A stretch of 64,000 bases of DNA from an uncultured Microbacterium sp. (GTDB lineage: Bacteria; Actinomycetota; Actinomycetes; Actinomycetales; Microbacteriaceae), in contig CALKHM010000104.1 of assembly GCA_937988695.1 (NCBI GenBank), forward strand, positions 35,131-99,130. The letters run 5' to 3'. The stretch's first letter is position 1. Each line of letters starts with the position of its first letter. The translations under genes and the position numbers were made by a program. This document shows positions 19,430-29,678 of this stretch, piece by piece. The notes beneath the pieces were generated by a model. That model had not been told where the DNA came from. It worked only from the letters and a program-made list of their open reading frames with translations, and made no database searches.

Positions 19430-19921
19430 CTACTCGCCGTCGCCCGCGAGTTCCTCATCCCGTTGCGCGCGCAGACGGCGACGGATGAGGCGGCCTAACT
19501 CGGCGAGGCGCTCAGGATCCTGTTCGGCGAGCACGTCGACCATGGACGCCGCTACGGCATCCGGACCGAACGAGAGGATGCCCTCGACCACACGCCGCGA
19601 CGCGAGCGCCCGCAGCTCCTCCTCCTCCATGACGGCACGATAGTGCAGCAGGCCATCCTTCGGCTTCCGCGTCAGGAAACCCTTCGTCACGAGTTTGTTG
19701 AGCACCGTGATGACGGTCAGCGGGGCAACCGGATGGGACTCCATGACCCGCTCGTACACTGCGCGGGCGGGCACCGGCGTCTGGAGCGCCCAGACCGTCT
19801 GCAGCACACGCGCCTCGAGATCGCCCATGACCTTGGCGAGTCCCTCAGCCGAAAGGCGCACCGTGTCCTGTAGACGCGGGCTGTGTCGACCTGAACGGCC
19901 GGGTGGACGATCAGAGGGCAT
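19430..19921 (-). CDS. BlaI/MecI/CopY family repressor
   Basis: GDLEARVLQTVW and TVITVLNKLVTKGFL. Confidence 0.9.
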   Translation of the reverse strand: MPSDRPPGRSGRHSPRLQDTVRLSAEGLAKVMGDLEARVLQTVWALQTPVPARAVYERVMESHPVAPLTVITVLNKLVTKGFLTRKPKDGLLHYRAVMEEEELRALASRRVVEGILSFGPDAVAASMVDVLAEQDPERLAELGRLIRRRLRAQRDEELAGDGE

Positions 19922-20041
19922 ACGGATGCTCCGTGTGGGAAGGTCACTGGAAAGCTACAACCCGCTTCATGCCGCGTAAAGCGCCACGGCGGCGGCTGAG
20001 AACCTCTGATGTTCACAGTGGCGGGTAGCATTCTCGTGTTT

Positions 20042-20067
20042 TACTGTGCATAATAGATGGTGCAGTA
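20042..20067. promoter_or_regulatory. Candidate BlaI-family operator between the repressor and copC
   Basis: Imperfect dyad TACTG...CAGTA in an AT-rich patch containing CATAAT. Confidence 0.4.
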
Positions 20068-20127
20068 GCACACCGCATCCACAGACTGCTGTCCGCACCC
20101 CTCACCACACCCATCCGAGCGTACATC

Positions 20128-20631
20128 ATGCTGCTTAAGACCACGCCCGTGTCCCGCTCCCCCTGGCCCCGGCTCCGCGCCGCCGCCATCGGCGCCGGCC
20201 TCGCACTCGCCCTGCTTCCCGGCGTCGCCCTCGCTCACGCTCGACTGACTGGATCGACGCCCACTGCCGGGAGCAGCCTCAGCAAATCGCCCACCGAACT
20301 CCGGCTGACTTTCTCGGAGAAGACGGAACTGGCCATGACGCGCGTGAAGCTACTCGGCCCGGACGGGAAGGAGATCGCGCTCGCCCCACCCGCGGCCGGT
20401 GGAGATGAGGGTCTGAGCGTTGTCACCGCCGTCAGATCGACGCTCGCGCCGGGCACGTATACGGTCACATGGCAGGTGGCGGGGCGCGACGGGCATCCGG
20501 TGCGTGGCAACTTCACCTTCGTCGTCGGCACGGCCGCGCCTTCCGCTGGCGCTCGGGCGGCCGGATCGGATAGCGGCTCGTATGCTGGACTCGACGCCCG
20601 CCGCAGGACTACCACGGGCCCACACGCCTGA
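20128..20631 (+). CDS. copC: Copper resistance protein CopC
   Basis: Signal peptide ALA-HARL (N-terminal His), LTFSE and DGHPVRG. Confidence 0.92.
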   Translation: MLLKTTPVSRSPWPRLRAAAIGAGLALALLPGVALAHARLTGSTPTAGSSLSKSPTELRLTFSEKTELAMTRVKLLGPDGKEIALAPPAAGGDEGLSVVTAVRSTLAPGTYTVTWQVAGRDGHPVRGNFTFVVGTAAPSAGARAAGSDSGSYAGLDARRRTTTGPHA

Positions 20632-20714
20632 TGTGGGCGGGTCGGCGACGCGGAAGTCTGACTTCCGCATCGCCGGCCCCGTTGGAGAAGACCACCACCC
20701 AGTCGATCGAGAGT

Positions 20715-21281
20715 TCAGCGAGCGGGACGGCGTGCCTTTGACGACCAGTGGACCGCACTGATCCGCCATCCATCTGGCTCGAGGGTCAGCACCATCAGTT
20801 CGGCCCCGGCAGAATCGACGGCGCGATCACGGTATGTGCCTCGCGTGGTGCTCGTCGACGTTACCCAAGCGGCGTTGCCCTGCACGACCGCGCGGACCAG
20901 CTCGCGTGTGCTCGGCACGGCACGAGCGAACGTGATGTCCGCTGGCAGGTGGTGCTTTCGATACTCGGCCAGCGTCTCCAGATTGCCGCTCTCGAGGATG
21001 ACCGCGTTCGGGGCCAGGAGCGACAGCGCGGTCGCGCTGTCCCCCGCGGCGAGTGCCTGGTGGAATCGCTCCACGACGCCGATGGCCGCGGCCGAGTCGG
21101 AGCCGCTCGGTGCACTGACGCTGATGAGTGTAGTGGCGCTAGGTGACGTGGTGCTGCTCAGTGCGGCCTGTGCCTCGATCTGCGACGTGCTGGCCACAGA
21201 GGCGACGAGGGCGAGAAGGATGACGATGGTACCGGGACGTCGACGGAAGACGGACGGGATAAAGCGATCTGCAGGAGTCAA
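20715..21281 (-). CDS. Exported NTF2/SnoaL-like (DUF4440) protein
   Basis: FHQALAAGD, ESG, YRKHHLPAD and WRISAVHWSS; start codon uncertain. Confidence 0.75.
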   Translation of the reverse strand: MTPADRFIPSVFRRRPGTIVILLALVASVASTSQIEAQAALSSTTSPSATTLISVSAPSGSDSAAAIGVVERFHQALAAGDSATALSLLAPNAVILESGNLETLAEYRKHHLPADITFARAVPSTRELVRAVVQGNAAWVTSTSTTRGTYRDRAVDSAGAELMVLTLEPDGWRISAVHWSSKARRPAR

Positions 21282-21340
21282 GACAGGTAGGGGTGAGGGG
21301 TAAGCACAGGGTAAGTACAGGGAACGAGATGCCTGGATGT

Positions 21341-23356
21341 CTATAGACGTTCCTGGCGTAGCCGCTGCGTATTGATGGCGACGATGATCGTGCTCAATGA
21401 CATCAGCGCAGCGCCGATTGCGGGCGAGAGGACCACGCCCCAAGGTGCGAGTATGCCGCCGGCGAGCGGGATCGCGATGACATTGTAGCCTGCCACCCAC
21501 CAGATGTTCTGCAGCATTGTCCGGTGACTGGCGCGCGAGAGGTTGATGATGCGCGGCACGTCACGCAGGTCGCTCCGGGCGAGGATGATGTCGCCGGCCT
21601 CGCCCGCCGCACCGGTTCCGACGCCGATGGCTACCCCAACGTCGGCGGCGACAAGCGCTGGTGCGTCGTCCACGCCGTCGCCCACCATCGCCACGCGCTT
21701 CCCCTCGCGCTGGAGCCGCTCGATGTGGGCGGCCTTATCCTCCTGCCGTACCTCAGCGAGCACGGTGTCGATTCCCAGTTCACGCGCGACAGCCAGGGCC
21801 ACCGCACACGCGTCGCCGGTCATCATCACCACCTCGATGCGCGCTTCACGTAGTAGTCGTACCGCCTCGGCCGACTCTGGGCGCACCGCGTCGGAGACGG
21901 CAAGCGCCGCGATCGCCTGGCCACCCTCGCCTAGGGCGATCAGGTAGACGACACCTTGCCCGCGGGCGAATTGCTGGAGTTCAGGCGCTGGCGTCAGACC
22001 GAGGCTCGCGAGTAGATGCGGCCCGCCAGCCGCGAGTTGCCGCCCGTCGACCGTTGCGCGCACCCCGCGACCGGGAATTATCTCGAAGGCACTGGATGCC
22101 GGCACCGCCAGTCCGCGCTCCGACGCGCTCTGCACGATGGCACGCGCGACCGGGTGCTCGGCATCTCGCTCCACGGCGGCCGCCAGGCGGAGCGCCTCGT
22201 CCTCGGAAAGACCGCGCAGCGTGCGCACGGCGACCTCGCTGTGCTCGCCTACAGTGAGGGTGCCGGTCTTGTCGAATACGACAGTCGTGAGGTTACGCGC
22301 CTCCTCCAGCCCGCGTTGATCACGGACGAACAGGCCAGAGCGCGCGCCGAGCGTCGTAGTTATCACGAGCACGAGGAGGGCCGCCAGGCCGAGCGCGTGA
22401 GGACTGGCGACGACCAGCACCGTTACCAGGCGCTCGATGGCGGTAGCGGCTGGAGCGCCGACCACCAACCATACGACGAGCGTCACCGCCGCCGCGCCGA
22501 GAGCAATCCAGGCGAGCCAGAACGCTGCTCGGTCAGCGAATGCCACGGCGCGCGAGCGGGAACTCTGGGCCTGTTCTATCAGGCGCATGATCCCGGCGAG
22601 CGCCGGCCGGTCCCCCGTACCGGCGACCTCAACGCGGACGGCCCGAGCACCATCTTGCGGATCGGCCAGCGACACGGCCTGGAGCGGCACGTCCCGGAGC
22701 GGCACGTCCCGGAGCGGCACGTCCTGGATGCGCTCAGCCGCGTCCTCGCCGTCCTCGCCGGCCGCGCCGGCCGCGCCGGTCGTGCGGGTGGCGGTGCTAG
22801 GTGGCAGTTCCGCCAACTCGGTGAGATCCCCCTGCACCTGCGAGATCGAGCGCATCTCGAGCCAGTGGCCGAGCAGCATGACGGTGACGAGCGTCGCCAA
22901 CTCCTCCCAGAGCGGCCTACCGGAGAAGCCGAGCGCCACCGCCGCGCTGAACGCGAAGGTAACGCTGAGGGCGAGCGCGATCAGGGTCATCGTGCCAAAC
23001 AGACGATCCCGGATCTCGCTTACGGCACCCTGGAAGAATGGTGCTCCGCCATAGAGGAGCACAGCCGTGCCGAATACTGCCGGGATCCACGCAGCGCCCG
23101 GGAAGCTGGGCGCGGTGTAGCCGAGCGCTCGCTGGAGCATGCTGCCCCAGATGAGCGTGAGCAGGAGCGACAGCCAGAACCTGTCGCGGAACGACGATCC
23201 GGCCGTAAGGTGGTCAGGCGCCAGTTTGGGCTCCAGTTCCGGGTGCTCGGGGTATCCCGGCTCGCCTGGAGCGTAGCCCTCGTGCGGCCTGTCACGAGCG
23301 GCACGGTCGCCAGCAGCGACGTCTCGCGTCGGATGGTGCGGGTGCGGATCGCTCAT
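21341..23356 (-). pseudogene. copB: Degenerate CopB-type (P1B-3) copper ATPase; ORF open but actuator domain deleted
   Basis: DKTGT and YN present; TGES/A-domain missing; SPH instead of CPH; GDGVDD instead of GDGVND. Confidence 0.75.
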
Positions 23357-23624
23357 CGTCGAACGCTCAGTTCGGGGTGGTCCCCAACCAGGTGCTTCTA
23401 CGCAGGCTCAAAGAACATAACACAGACTGCCGATACATCCAGCATATCGGAGGCGGGCTCATTGATGCTTCTTGCGCATGGCTTTACGGTCCGTCAATGA
23501 CAGCACGTCTCACCCGGCGCGCTGCGTGCCTGGACGAGTCCGACCCGCCCATGGCGCGAGCGCGTGGTTGTCCGGCTCAGAGCACGCCTGCGATTCACGC
23601 CATTCACGAGCGGAGACGCGAGGA

Positions 23625-23868
23625 CGAGCGCCGAGATGCAGTAGCGCGTCCACGAGTGCCTCGACTGCTTACCGCCCACTGCCTCGACATGGGTGGCAAG
23701 CACGCGGCGCGGCAGCACCAGACAGTGATGCTCGATTGCGCAACGAGCTGCGCCACTGCTGCCGATTTCATTCTCCGTGGCTCATCCAGGCGCGCGCGCC
23801 CGCGAGCTGTGCGCCGAGCTCTGCCGTATTGCGCGTCGTGCCAGCATATGACCGTGGCATCGGCCTGA
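23625..23868 (+). pseudogene. Four-helix-bundle copper storage protein (DUF326/Csp-like) remnant
   Basis: EMQ*RVHECLDC, then in another frame HCLDMGGKHA...MLDCATSCATAADFILRGS...CASC. Confidence 0.7.
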
Positions 23869-23959
23869 ACAGCCATGGATGGGCTCGTCAGGTCGCAGGC
23901 CGGTCCGAAGGAACGATGCGCCGGTCGACAACGGCCGGCGCATCGGCGCGCCAGCGCCT

Positions 23960-24439
23960 CTACTCCCCCTTGTCGGGCGGGAGCGCCGCGAGGCCGGCAC
24001 GGAACCAGGAGGCGAGTTCGTCCTCCATCATCTCCCTCGCCGCCACGGCGAGCATCGTCTCGACGACTTCCGCATCTGACCACGACACGGTGTAGCCGTT
24101 CAGCGCGAGGAACATCTCGGCTGTCACATAGGCGGTACGCTTGTTCCCGTCCGCGAACGGGTGGGCGGTCGCGATACCGAAGGCGTACGCTGCCGCAAGT
24201 GCAGCCAGGTCGGTGTACGGCTCGTAGTGCCGGCGCTGCTGCAGACGTGCCGAGGCGGCCTCCCGTGCATTCTTGTCGCGAATGCACTGCAAGCCGCCAT
24301 GTTCGACGAGTTGGTCGTGGTGCGCGGCCTCGATGGCGAGGCGCGGTACCCATGTGGGCTGATCGGGGTGCTGCGGCCGGCCCTGCGGACCGGTCGCATG
24401 GGTGTCCTCGGGGGTGTTCTGGTCTGGGTTGTCAGCCAT
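23960..24439 (-). CDS. doc: Doc/Fic family toxin
   Basis: HPFADGNKRT Doc motif. Confidence 0.9.
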   Translation of the reverse strand: MADNPDQNTPEDTHATGPQGRPQHPDQPTWVPRLAIEAAHHDQLVEHGGLQCIRDKNAREAASARLQQRRHYEPYTDLAALAAAYAFGIATAHPFADGNKRTAYVTAEMFLALNGYTVSWSDAEVVETMLAVAAREMMEDELASWFRAGLAALPPDKGE

Positions 24440-24469
24440 GGGCCCTCCTGGGGGCCCGGCCCCCAGGTG

Positions 24470-24697
24470 TCAGCGGGCGAGCTCCCGGAGAGCCACACGA
24501 CGGTTCTTTGCGATCCGGCGGTAGGCGCGCATGGCCTGCTCGAGCGTGGGATCGTACGGCGTCAACAGCACGCCATCCGAGGTCTCCACGGCGAAGAGCC
24601 GGTCACCCTGCTCGATGTGGAGCCGCTCAGCCATCTCCTTCGGGATGGTGGCGGACACCGAGGTGCCTGTCTGTCGGACCGTGACGGTCTTGATCAT
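24470..24697 (-). CDS. AbrB/MazE-type antitoxin
   Basis: VRQTGTSVSATIPKEM...GD...LLTPYD; directly upstream of doc. Confidence 0.88.
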   Translation of the reverse strand: MIKTVTVRQTGTSVSATIPKEMAERLHIEQGDRLFAVETSDGVLLTPYDPTLEQAMRAYRRIAKNRRVALRELAR

Positions 24698-24784
24698 CGT
24701 GCCCTCGGGGTTCGTCGTCTCAGATGCGGGACAGGAGTAGGAACGCCCCAGGTAGTCGTCGGTGTGTTGTTCGAGGGTACCATT

Positions 24785-24813
24785 ACAATAAGCACATATG
24801 TGCTTATCGTCAA
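24785..24813 (-). promoter_or_regulatory. TA promoter with palindromic operator
   Basis: TTGACG, 17 bp, TATTGT; perfect 20-bp palindrome ATAAGCACATATGTGCTTAT at 24788-24807. Confidence 0.85.
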
Positions 24814-24869
24814 GCCTCGCGGTTCACCTCGGTCCGGGAAGCGCGCCAGAGTGCCCTGCCCTCGCGCCA

Positions 24870-25538
24870 GCGGCGGAAGCGCATGCCCGGAGCCTGCCTT
24901 CCCATCCTAGACCCGGTCGCCGGTGAGGCCGGGTCACGGATGAGGTACCCGGAGCGATCCTCTCGCCATCCGATGTGCCTGACCCGGCGCCGGGGACGGT
25001 TAGCGTGCGCACGGCCCGAGCAGCGGCCTGGCAATCCGGAGCGCGGCGGCCGACGGGAGCTACGACACGGCCAGCATGTCCGCGACCCTCATCAAGGCCG
25101 GCTGCCACGACATCCGCATCCCACCGAACAGGGGGGCATCGCCGCGGCACGTGGAGGGCACACACGCTCGGGCCGCGACCGAGGTGAGGAACGAGCACTG
25201 CGCACGCACGATGGGGCCGGACGCGGAGACCGTCACCGACAGGCGGGCCACCCAGAAATGGGAGATCGACTACAACGTGCGCTCTCGCGCCGAGAGATGG
25301 TTGTCGCACGTGTGGGTGCTCTCTGGCAGTTGCTGTCGGCCATGGAGCGAGGCAACGTACCGGGCGGAGGTCTTCTAGGCCTGGGTCCAGCGCCTCAATG
25401 CCGACGCCGCATGCAGGCAGCCGGTGCGGCGGCACCGCGTTTGCGCCGACGGCTAGCTTGGAGGCGAGGGACTCGCCCCGGCCGCGTAGCCCCCGGCGCA
25501 GGTGAGAAAGAGGGGGCAGGCATTCATGGAACGACGCC
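24870..25538 (+). mobile_element. IS5-family (IS903-like) transposase remnant with one terminal IR
   Basis: ADGSYDT...IPPNRGA...RN...W..DYNVRSRAE; IR-like GGCGTCGTTCCATGAA on the minus strand at 25523-25538; left boundary approximate. Confidence 0.7.
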
Positions 25539-25618
25539 TATCGGCCTGGTGGGCGTGATCGCAACTCAACGCCCGTCGAGTCCGGCACGGTGCTCCGATC
25601 GCCCATTCGGAGCACCAT

Positions 25619-25800
25619 TCAGGAGCCCGTGCCGCCGACGTTCGGATGGCTGAGGGAGTAGACGTAGGCCGCGAGCGCCTGGATCTGCTCCTCGTTGAAG
25701 CTCTGGCCAAAGGCCGGCAGCGGGGCGGGAAACTGCTTCGGCTACGGGACTCCGTTGCCGATCGTGCCGGCGATGAGCTCCGAACCGCCGTCGCCGTAGA
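25619..25800 (-). pseudogene. 3' fragment of a cytochrome c paralog fused to the DtxR gene
   Basis: About 170-bp near-copy of 30292-30461; Gln codon changed to TAG and MPAF changed to LPAF. Confidence 0.85.
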
Positions 25801-26332
25801 TCCCACCGCGGGTCGGGATGGGGGCCCCGTGCGGATCGACCGCCGGATCGCCGAGTGCCGCGGCCATTCGATCGATGAGCTGATCCGAGGCGTCGTGCTC
25901 CAGCCGCTCCGCCTCGTCGTGCACCCGAGCCACTGGATAGTCGAGCGCCCATGCGAGGTACGCCTCGAGCACCCGGTGTCGCCGGATAGTTCGGAGCGCG
26001 GCACGACGGCCGGCTTGGGTGAGCACGACGCCGTGATAGCGGCGGTGGCTGACCAAGCCCTGCTCGGCCAGGCGACGCAACATCGAGCTCACCGCGGCCG
26101 GCGACACGCCGACGCGACGCGCGATGTCGTTGGTGCCCGCCGCCTCACCGTCATGCGCGATGTGGTAGATCGCCTTGAGGTAATCCTCGGCTGGTCCGGT
26201 GAGCTCGGCGAGTGAGGACACCGCGGTCGTGGTGCGCTCAATCCCCACCGCCGCGGAGTCGTGTCGCCCATGGTGCGACGCCGGGCGGCCGCGGGCACCA
26301 CGCCCGTCGACGGTATCCAGTGCCGGCTTCAC
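25742..26332 (-). CDS. mntR: DtxR/MntR-family metal-dependent repressor, C-terminally truncated
   Basis: EDYLKAIY, RRHRVLE, HDEAERLEH and DPHGAPIP; no FeoA-like domain; start may be 26221. Confidence 0.88.
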   Translation of the reverse strand: MKPALDTVDGRGARGRPASHHGRHDSAAVGIERTTTAVSSLAELTGPAEDYLKAIYHIAHDGEAAGTNDIARRVGVSPAAVSSMLRRLAEQGLVSHRRYHGVVLTQAGRRAALRTIRRHRVLEAYLAWALDYPVARVHDEAERLEHDASDQLIDRMAAALGDPAVDPHGAPIPTRGGIYGDGGSELIAGTIGNGVP

Positions 26333-27528
26333 TTGATCACCACCCCGGTGATGAAGAGCACCAGCATGCCGGCCAGCACGCCGCCGAGGGCGGTGAATGG
26401 CATCTGGCGCGCCGCCGTGTCCTTCCAGACCATCTGCCGTCCGATCTCATAGGCGACCTGGAAAACCGCACCCGCGCCAATCGCGAGAAAGAGGACGGAG
26501 AGCGGCTGCGAGTAGACGAGACCGCCGACCCAGGCACCAACGATGGCCGGCACGCCGCCGATCAACCCGAGCATGGCCAGGAGACGAAGCGAGGGTTTGT
26601 CCTTGGCGACCGGGATCACGATTCCCAACCCTTCGGTGATGTTTTGGATGATGAAGCCGACGACCAGGAACGTGCCCAGTGCCGCCGCACCCACGGCGTA
26701 GGCCGCGCCGATCGCCAACCCCTCGCCCAAGTTGTGGAGCCCGATCCCGACCGCGATGACCGTCGCGAGGGAGCGGCGCTGACTCGCTGCGCTACGCCCG
26801 ACGCCCTGCTGGCGGCGGGCTATAGCGTCTAGCAGGAGCCACGTGCCGACGACGCCGATGCCGACGATGCCGACCCCCTGGAACGTGGCGCTCAGCTCAC
26901 CGGCCACCTCGAGCGCTTCGGCGGTCGCGTCGAGGCCGAGGTAGAGCAGCAACCCGACCGTCGCCGCCATCAGGAACAACATGGCGCCAGGCCCGAGCCG
27001 CCTGAGCGCGGGCAGCCAGAACATGCCGAGGATGACCGGGATGATGCCCACGTAGACCCCGATCAGGGTAAAGCTCCAGAGCGTGCCCGCAGTTGCGTGA
27101 GCGGTCGCCGTCGCGACCGGGATCGAAACGGAGAACGGGATCGAATTGCTGGACAGCACCAAAACCTCGTATGCTTCGCCTTCGACCCATGGGTAGTCGA
27201 TGGTCACGACGGCGGTACCCAATCGCGGAATCTCGGGACCGGGTGAGACGGCGTACGGCCAGATCGCGTCGTTGATATTCACCTGTGCGAGCCGCACTGC
27301 CTCGGGGCTCGTGTTGCGCAGGCGAAGCTCGATCTGGCCGGGCCGCAGCACCGCCCGCCCGAACTGCACCGTCTCGATCGGCGCGGCCGGCGCGACGTTC
27401 AGGCCGGCCCCGTTCGTGGAGACGAACAGCGCGATCACGCCGGCGAGCAAGACGAGCGGTGCCAGCAGCAGGGCGTACGGACGCAGACGCGTCCTGCCCG
27501 AGCGGATGGCGGTCATCGTCGTCGTCAC
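26329..27528 (-). CDS. ZIP-family metal transporter with N-terminal soluble domain
   Basis: HNLGEGLAIG and QNITEG motifs. Confidence 0.88.
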   Translation of the reverse strand: MTTTMTAIRSGRTRLRPYALLLAPLVLLAGVIALFVSTNGAGLNVAPAAPIETVQFGRAVLRPGQIELRLRNTSPEAVRLAQVNINDAIWPYAVSPGPEIPRLGTAVVTIDYPWVEGEAYEVLVLSSNSIPFSVSIPVATATAHATAGTLWSFTLIGVYVGIIPVILGMFWLPALRRLGPGAMLFLMAATVGLLLYLGLDATAEALEVAGELSATFQGVGIVGIGVVGTWLLLDAIARRQQGVGRSAASQRRSLATVIAVGIGLHNLGEGLAIGAAYAVGAAALGTFLVVGFIIQNITEGLGIVIPVAKDKPSLRLLAMLGLIGGVPAIVGAWVGGLVYSQPLSVLFLAIGAGAVFQVAYEIGRQMVWKDTAARQMPFTALGGVLAGMLVLFITGVVIK

Positions 27529-27531
27529 GCG

Positions 27532-28647
27532 TCAGCCCTCCACCTGGAAGATGCCGGTCCAGCCCAGCTCCGCGAACTCCGTCTTGTGCGCGTGGAACAT
27601 ATATCGGCCCGGGTGTTTGAAGCGGAACTCCAGGATGCCGCGCTGGCCCTGCATCTGCGCGATCGTGTCGGTGAACTCGACCGGCGTGAGGCTTGTGCCA
27701 GTGGGGTAGTAGTGGAAGAAGTTGGCGTGCAGGTGGAACGAGTTGATCGGATCGTACTCCAGCGCGTTCACCAGATACACGCGGACAAGTTCGCCGACCT
27801 CGAGACGGATCGGGTGCTTGTCGTAGTGGAACGGGATGCCGTTGACCATGTAGAAATCGTTCGCCCCATCGAAGTCCACGTCGTAGCCGCTCATGACCAT
27901 GATGAGCTCGTGGTCGGCGGTGGGGCGGCCGTCCTTGGGATCGATGATGAACGCGCCGTAGAGTCCCTTCGCGATGTGCTTCGCCAACGGCGCCGTGTGG
28001 CAGTGATACATGTGCAGCCCGAAAGGCTCGGCATCGAACTCGTAGGTGTACCGCCCGCCCGGAGCGACGACCCCCGAGCGCATGTCGAACACCCCGTCCA
28101 TGCTGCCCGGGTGGATGCCGTGGAAGTGCAGACTGTGCGGGTGATCGCTCGCGTTGAGATGCGTGATCCGCACCCGGTCGCCTTCGCGCACGCGGATCGA
28201 GGGGCCGGGGATCCGCCCGTTGTAGGTCCAGGCCGGGAACTCCACCCCGGGCACTACCTCGATAGCCTTGTTCTGTGCGACGAGGGTGTACTCGCGCAAC
28301 GTCCGGCCGCTCGGCAGCGTGCTCACCACGCCGCCGTCGAAGTCGGTGAGCATCTTGGTCGGGTGGAAGCCGTTCTTTTCGTGGTCCACCTCTCCCACGA
28401 CGGTCGGCATCGGGTGCATCCCGCTGCCGTGCGCGCCCGGGTGCGACCTGCCGTACGCGCCGCCAGTGGCCGCCGGCGATCCAGGCGTGGCGCTGCCCTC
28501 CGCGAGATCCTGGGAGGTGCCGAGAACGGCCATGCCGAGGAGGCTCGTGCCGCCAAGGCCGGCGCCGATGAAGCGACGGCGGGACCAGGCACGTGCTTCG
28601 TCCGCCGCTGGCCGCGGGGATAGCGTCTGCAGTAGTTGCTTCAGCAA
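27532..28647 (-). CDS. Two-domain multicopper oxidase, Tat-exported
   Basis: SRRRFI Tat motif; HSLHFHG; YHCH...H...GL in domain 1; FHLH and FHAH in domain 2. Confidence 0.9.
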   Translation of the reverse strand: MLKQLLQTLSPRPAADEARAWSRRRFIGAGLGGTSLLGMAVLGTSQDLAEGSATPGSPAATGGAYGRSHPGAHGSGMHPMPTVVGEVDHEKNGFHPTKMLTDFDGGVVSTLPSGRTLREYTLVAQNKAIEVVPGVEFPAWTYNGRIPGPSIRVREGDRVRITHLNASDHPHSLHFHGIHPGSMDGVFDMRSGVVAPGGRYTYEFDAEPFGLHMYHCHTAPLAKHIAKGLYGAFIIDPKDGRPTADHELIMVMSGYDVDFDGANDFYMVNGIPFHYDKHPIRLEVGELVRVYLVNALEYDPINSFHLHANFFHYYPTGTSLTPVEFTDTIAQMQGQRGILEFRFKHPGRYMFHAHKTEFAELGWTGIFQVEG

Positions 28648-28701
28648 GGGTTCCTCCCGCTCCTCGTAGTCCGGGTCGATCCTGATGCGCGGCTACGGGA
28701 T

Positions 28702-29535
28702 CTACTTCGCGAAGGGGTGTTCGAAGCTCAGATAGGCGAAGACACGTCGTTCCCCCCGGCTCGGGCCCACGCCGATGGGGAATGCGATGCCGGGGACGAC
28801 CTGGAGCCCGGAGCGAAAGTCGACGGCGCCCCGGATGCCGGGGGAGAGAAGCACCTCCGTGCTTGGCTCGGTGCGCCCCGGCCCAGCGACTTTCCGCGTA
28901 CGGTTCCACACCGCCTCGAGTAGCACGTTGAATCGGGAGCGGGCGAGCCAGACGACGCTCTGGGCCACGGTGTAGTCCGTAGTCGGCGCCCGATTGCCCA
29001 GCGCGTCACGCGCACCGGGTGTGTACGTCATTCCAGCGTTGGAGTGCACCACGAGAGACGCCGAGAGCACCGCGCTGAATGGCAGGTTGACCTGGACGCC
29101 CGCGCCGCCGGCGCCGAGCCCCCGCCGGCTAGAGCCGGTGGGCAGGAGCACGGTGACCCGCGGCGCGATCGCCACCGCAGATCCCTCGGTGCCCCCCAAC
29201 TGGAGGCGATAGTTCAGGGCGACGTCGCCGACTCCGGCCCGGCTTCCGGCTGCCGCGGCGGTGCGCGAGACCGGAAGCGTGTAACTGAGTTGGTGACGCT
29301 GGCCGGCGACGGGCCACTCCTGGGTGAAGGCGTACTCCCACCCGCCGCCCCCACGCATGCGCGTCAAGGAGCTGATGTGCTGCACGACGCCCCATTCCTG
29401 GTTGTACGCCTCCTCCACGAGGAAGCTGTTGTCCTGGATCGGAAGCGGCGCGGTAGAGGCGGCGGTGCGCTCTTGGGCCGCGGCTGTGCCCGTGCAGGGC
29501 AGTGAGACCAACAGGAGGAGGCGCCGCATGGACAC
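28702..29535 (-). CDS. Putative outer-membrane beta-barrel transporter
   Basis: Signal peptide, DNSFLVEEAYNQE, alternating beta-strand pattern, C-terminal YLSFEHPF. Confidence 0.7.
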   Translation of the reverse strand: MSMRRLLLLVSLPCTGTAAAQERTAASTAPLPIQDNSFLVEEAYNQEWGVVQHISSLTRMRGGGGWEYAFTQEWPVAGQRHQLSYTLPVSRTAAAAGSRAGVGDVALNYRLQLGGTEGSAVAIAPRVTVLLPTGSSRRGLGAGGAGVQVNLPFSAVLSASLVVHSNAGMTYTPGARDALGNRAPTTDYTVAQSVVWLARSRFNVLLEAVWNRTRKVAGPGRTEPSTEVLLSPGIRGAVDFRSGLQVVPGIAFPIGVGPSRGERRVFAYLSFEHPFAK

Positions 29536-29662
29536 TCAGCATGTCTGGGAGAAGCCGCGAGGGCGACTGCCGATCTCCGGGACCCGTAGGTCTCCGCGAC
29601 GGCGCGACAGCGGTGAGTTTTGGGTGACGCGCGCTTTATGCTTTGCCAAGGTGCATTATTAG

Positions 29663-29678
29663 TTTAGATATCTCTAAA
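29663..29678. promoter_or_regulatory. DtxR/MntR/SirR-type operator
   Basis: TTTAG-ATATCT-CTAAA in the most AT-rich patch; overlaps a minus-strand TTGCGG-16-TAAACT promoter candidate. Confidence 0.75.

Noticed and set aside
29540-29650. Mn-sensing yybP-ykoY or other riboswitch in the porin leader
   Set aside because: I could not find the conserved motifs by eye; an Rfam search would be needed.
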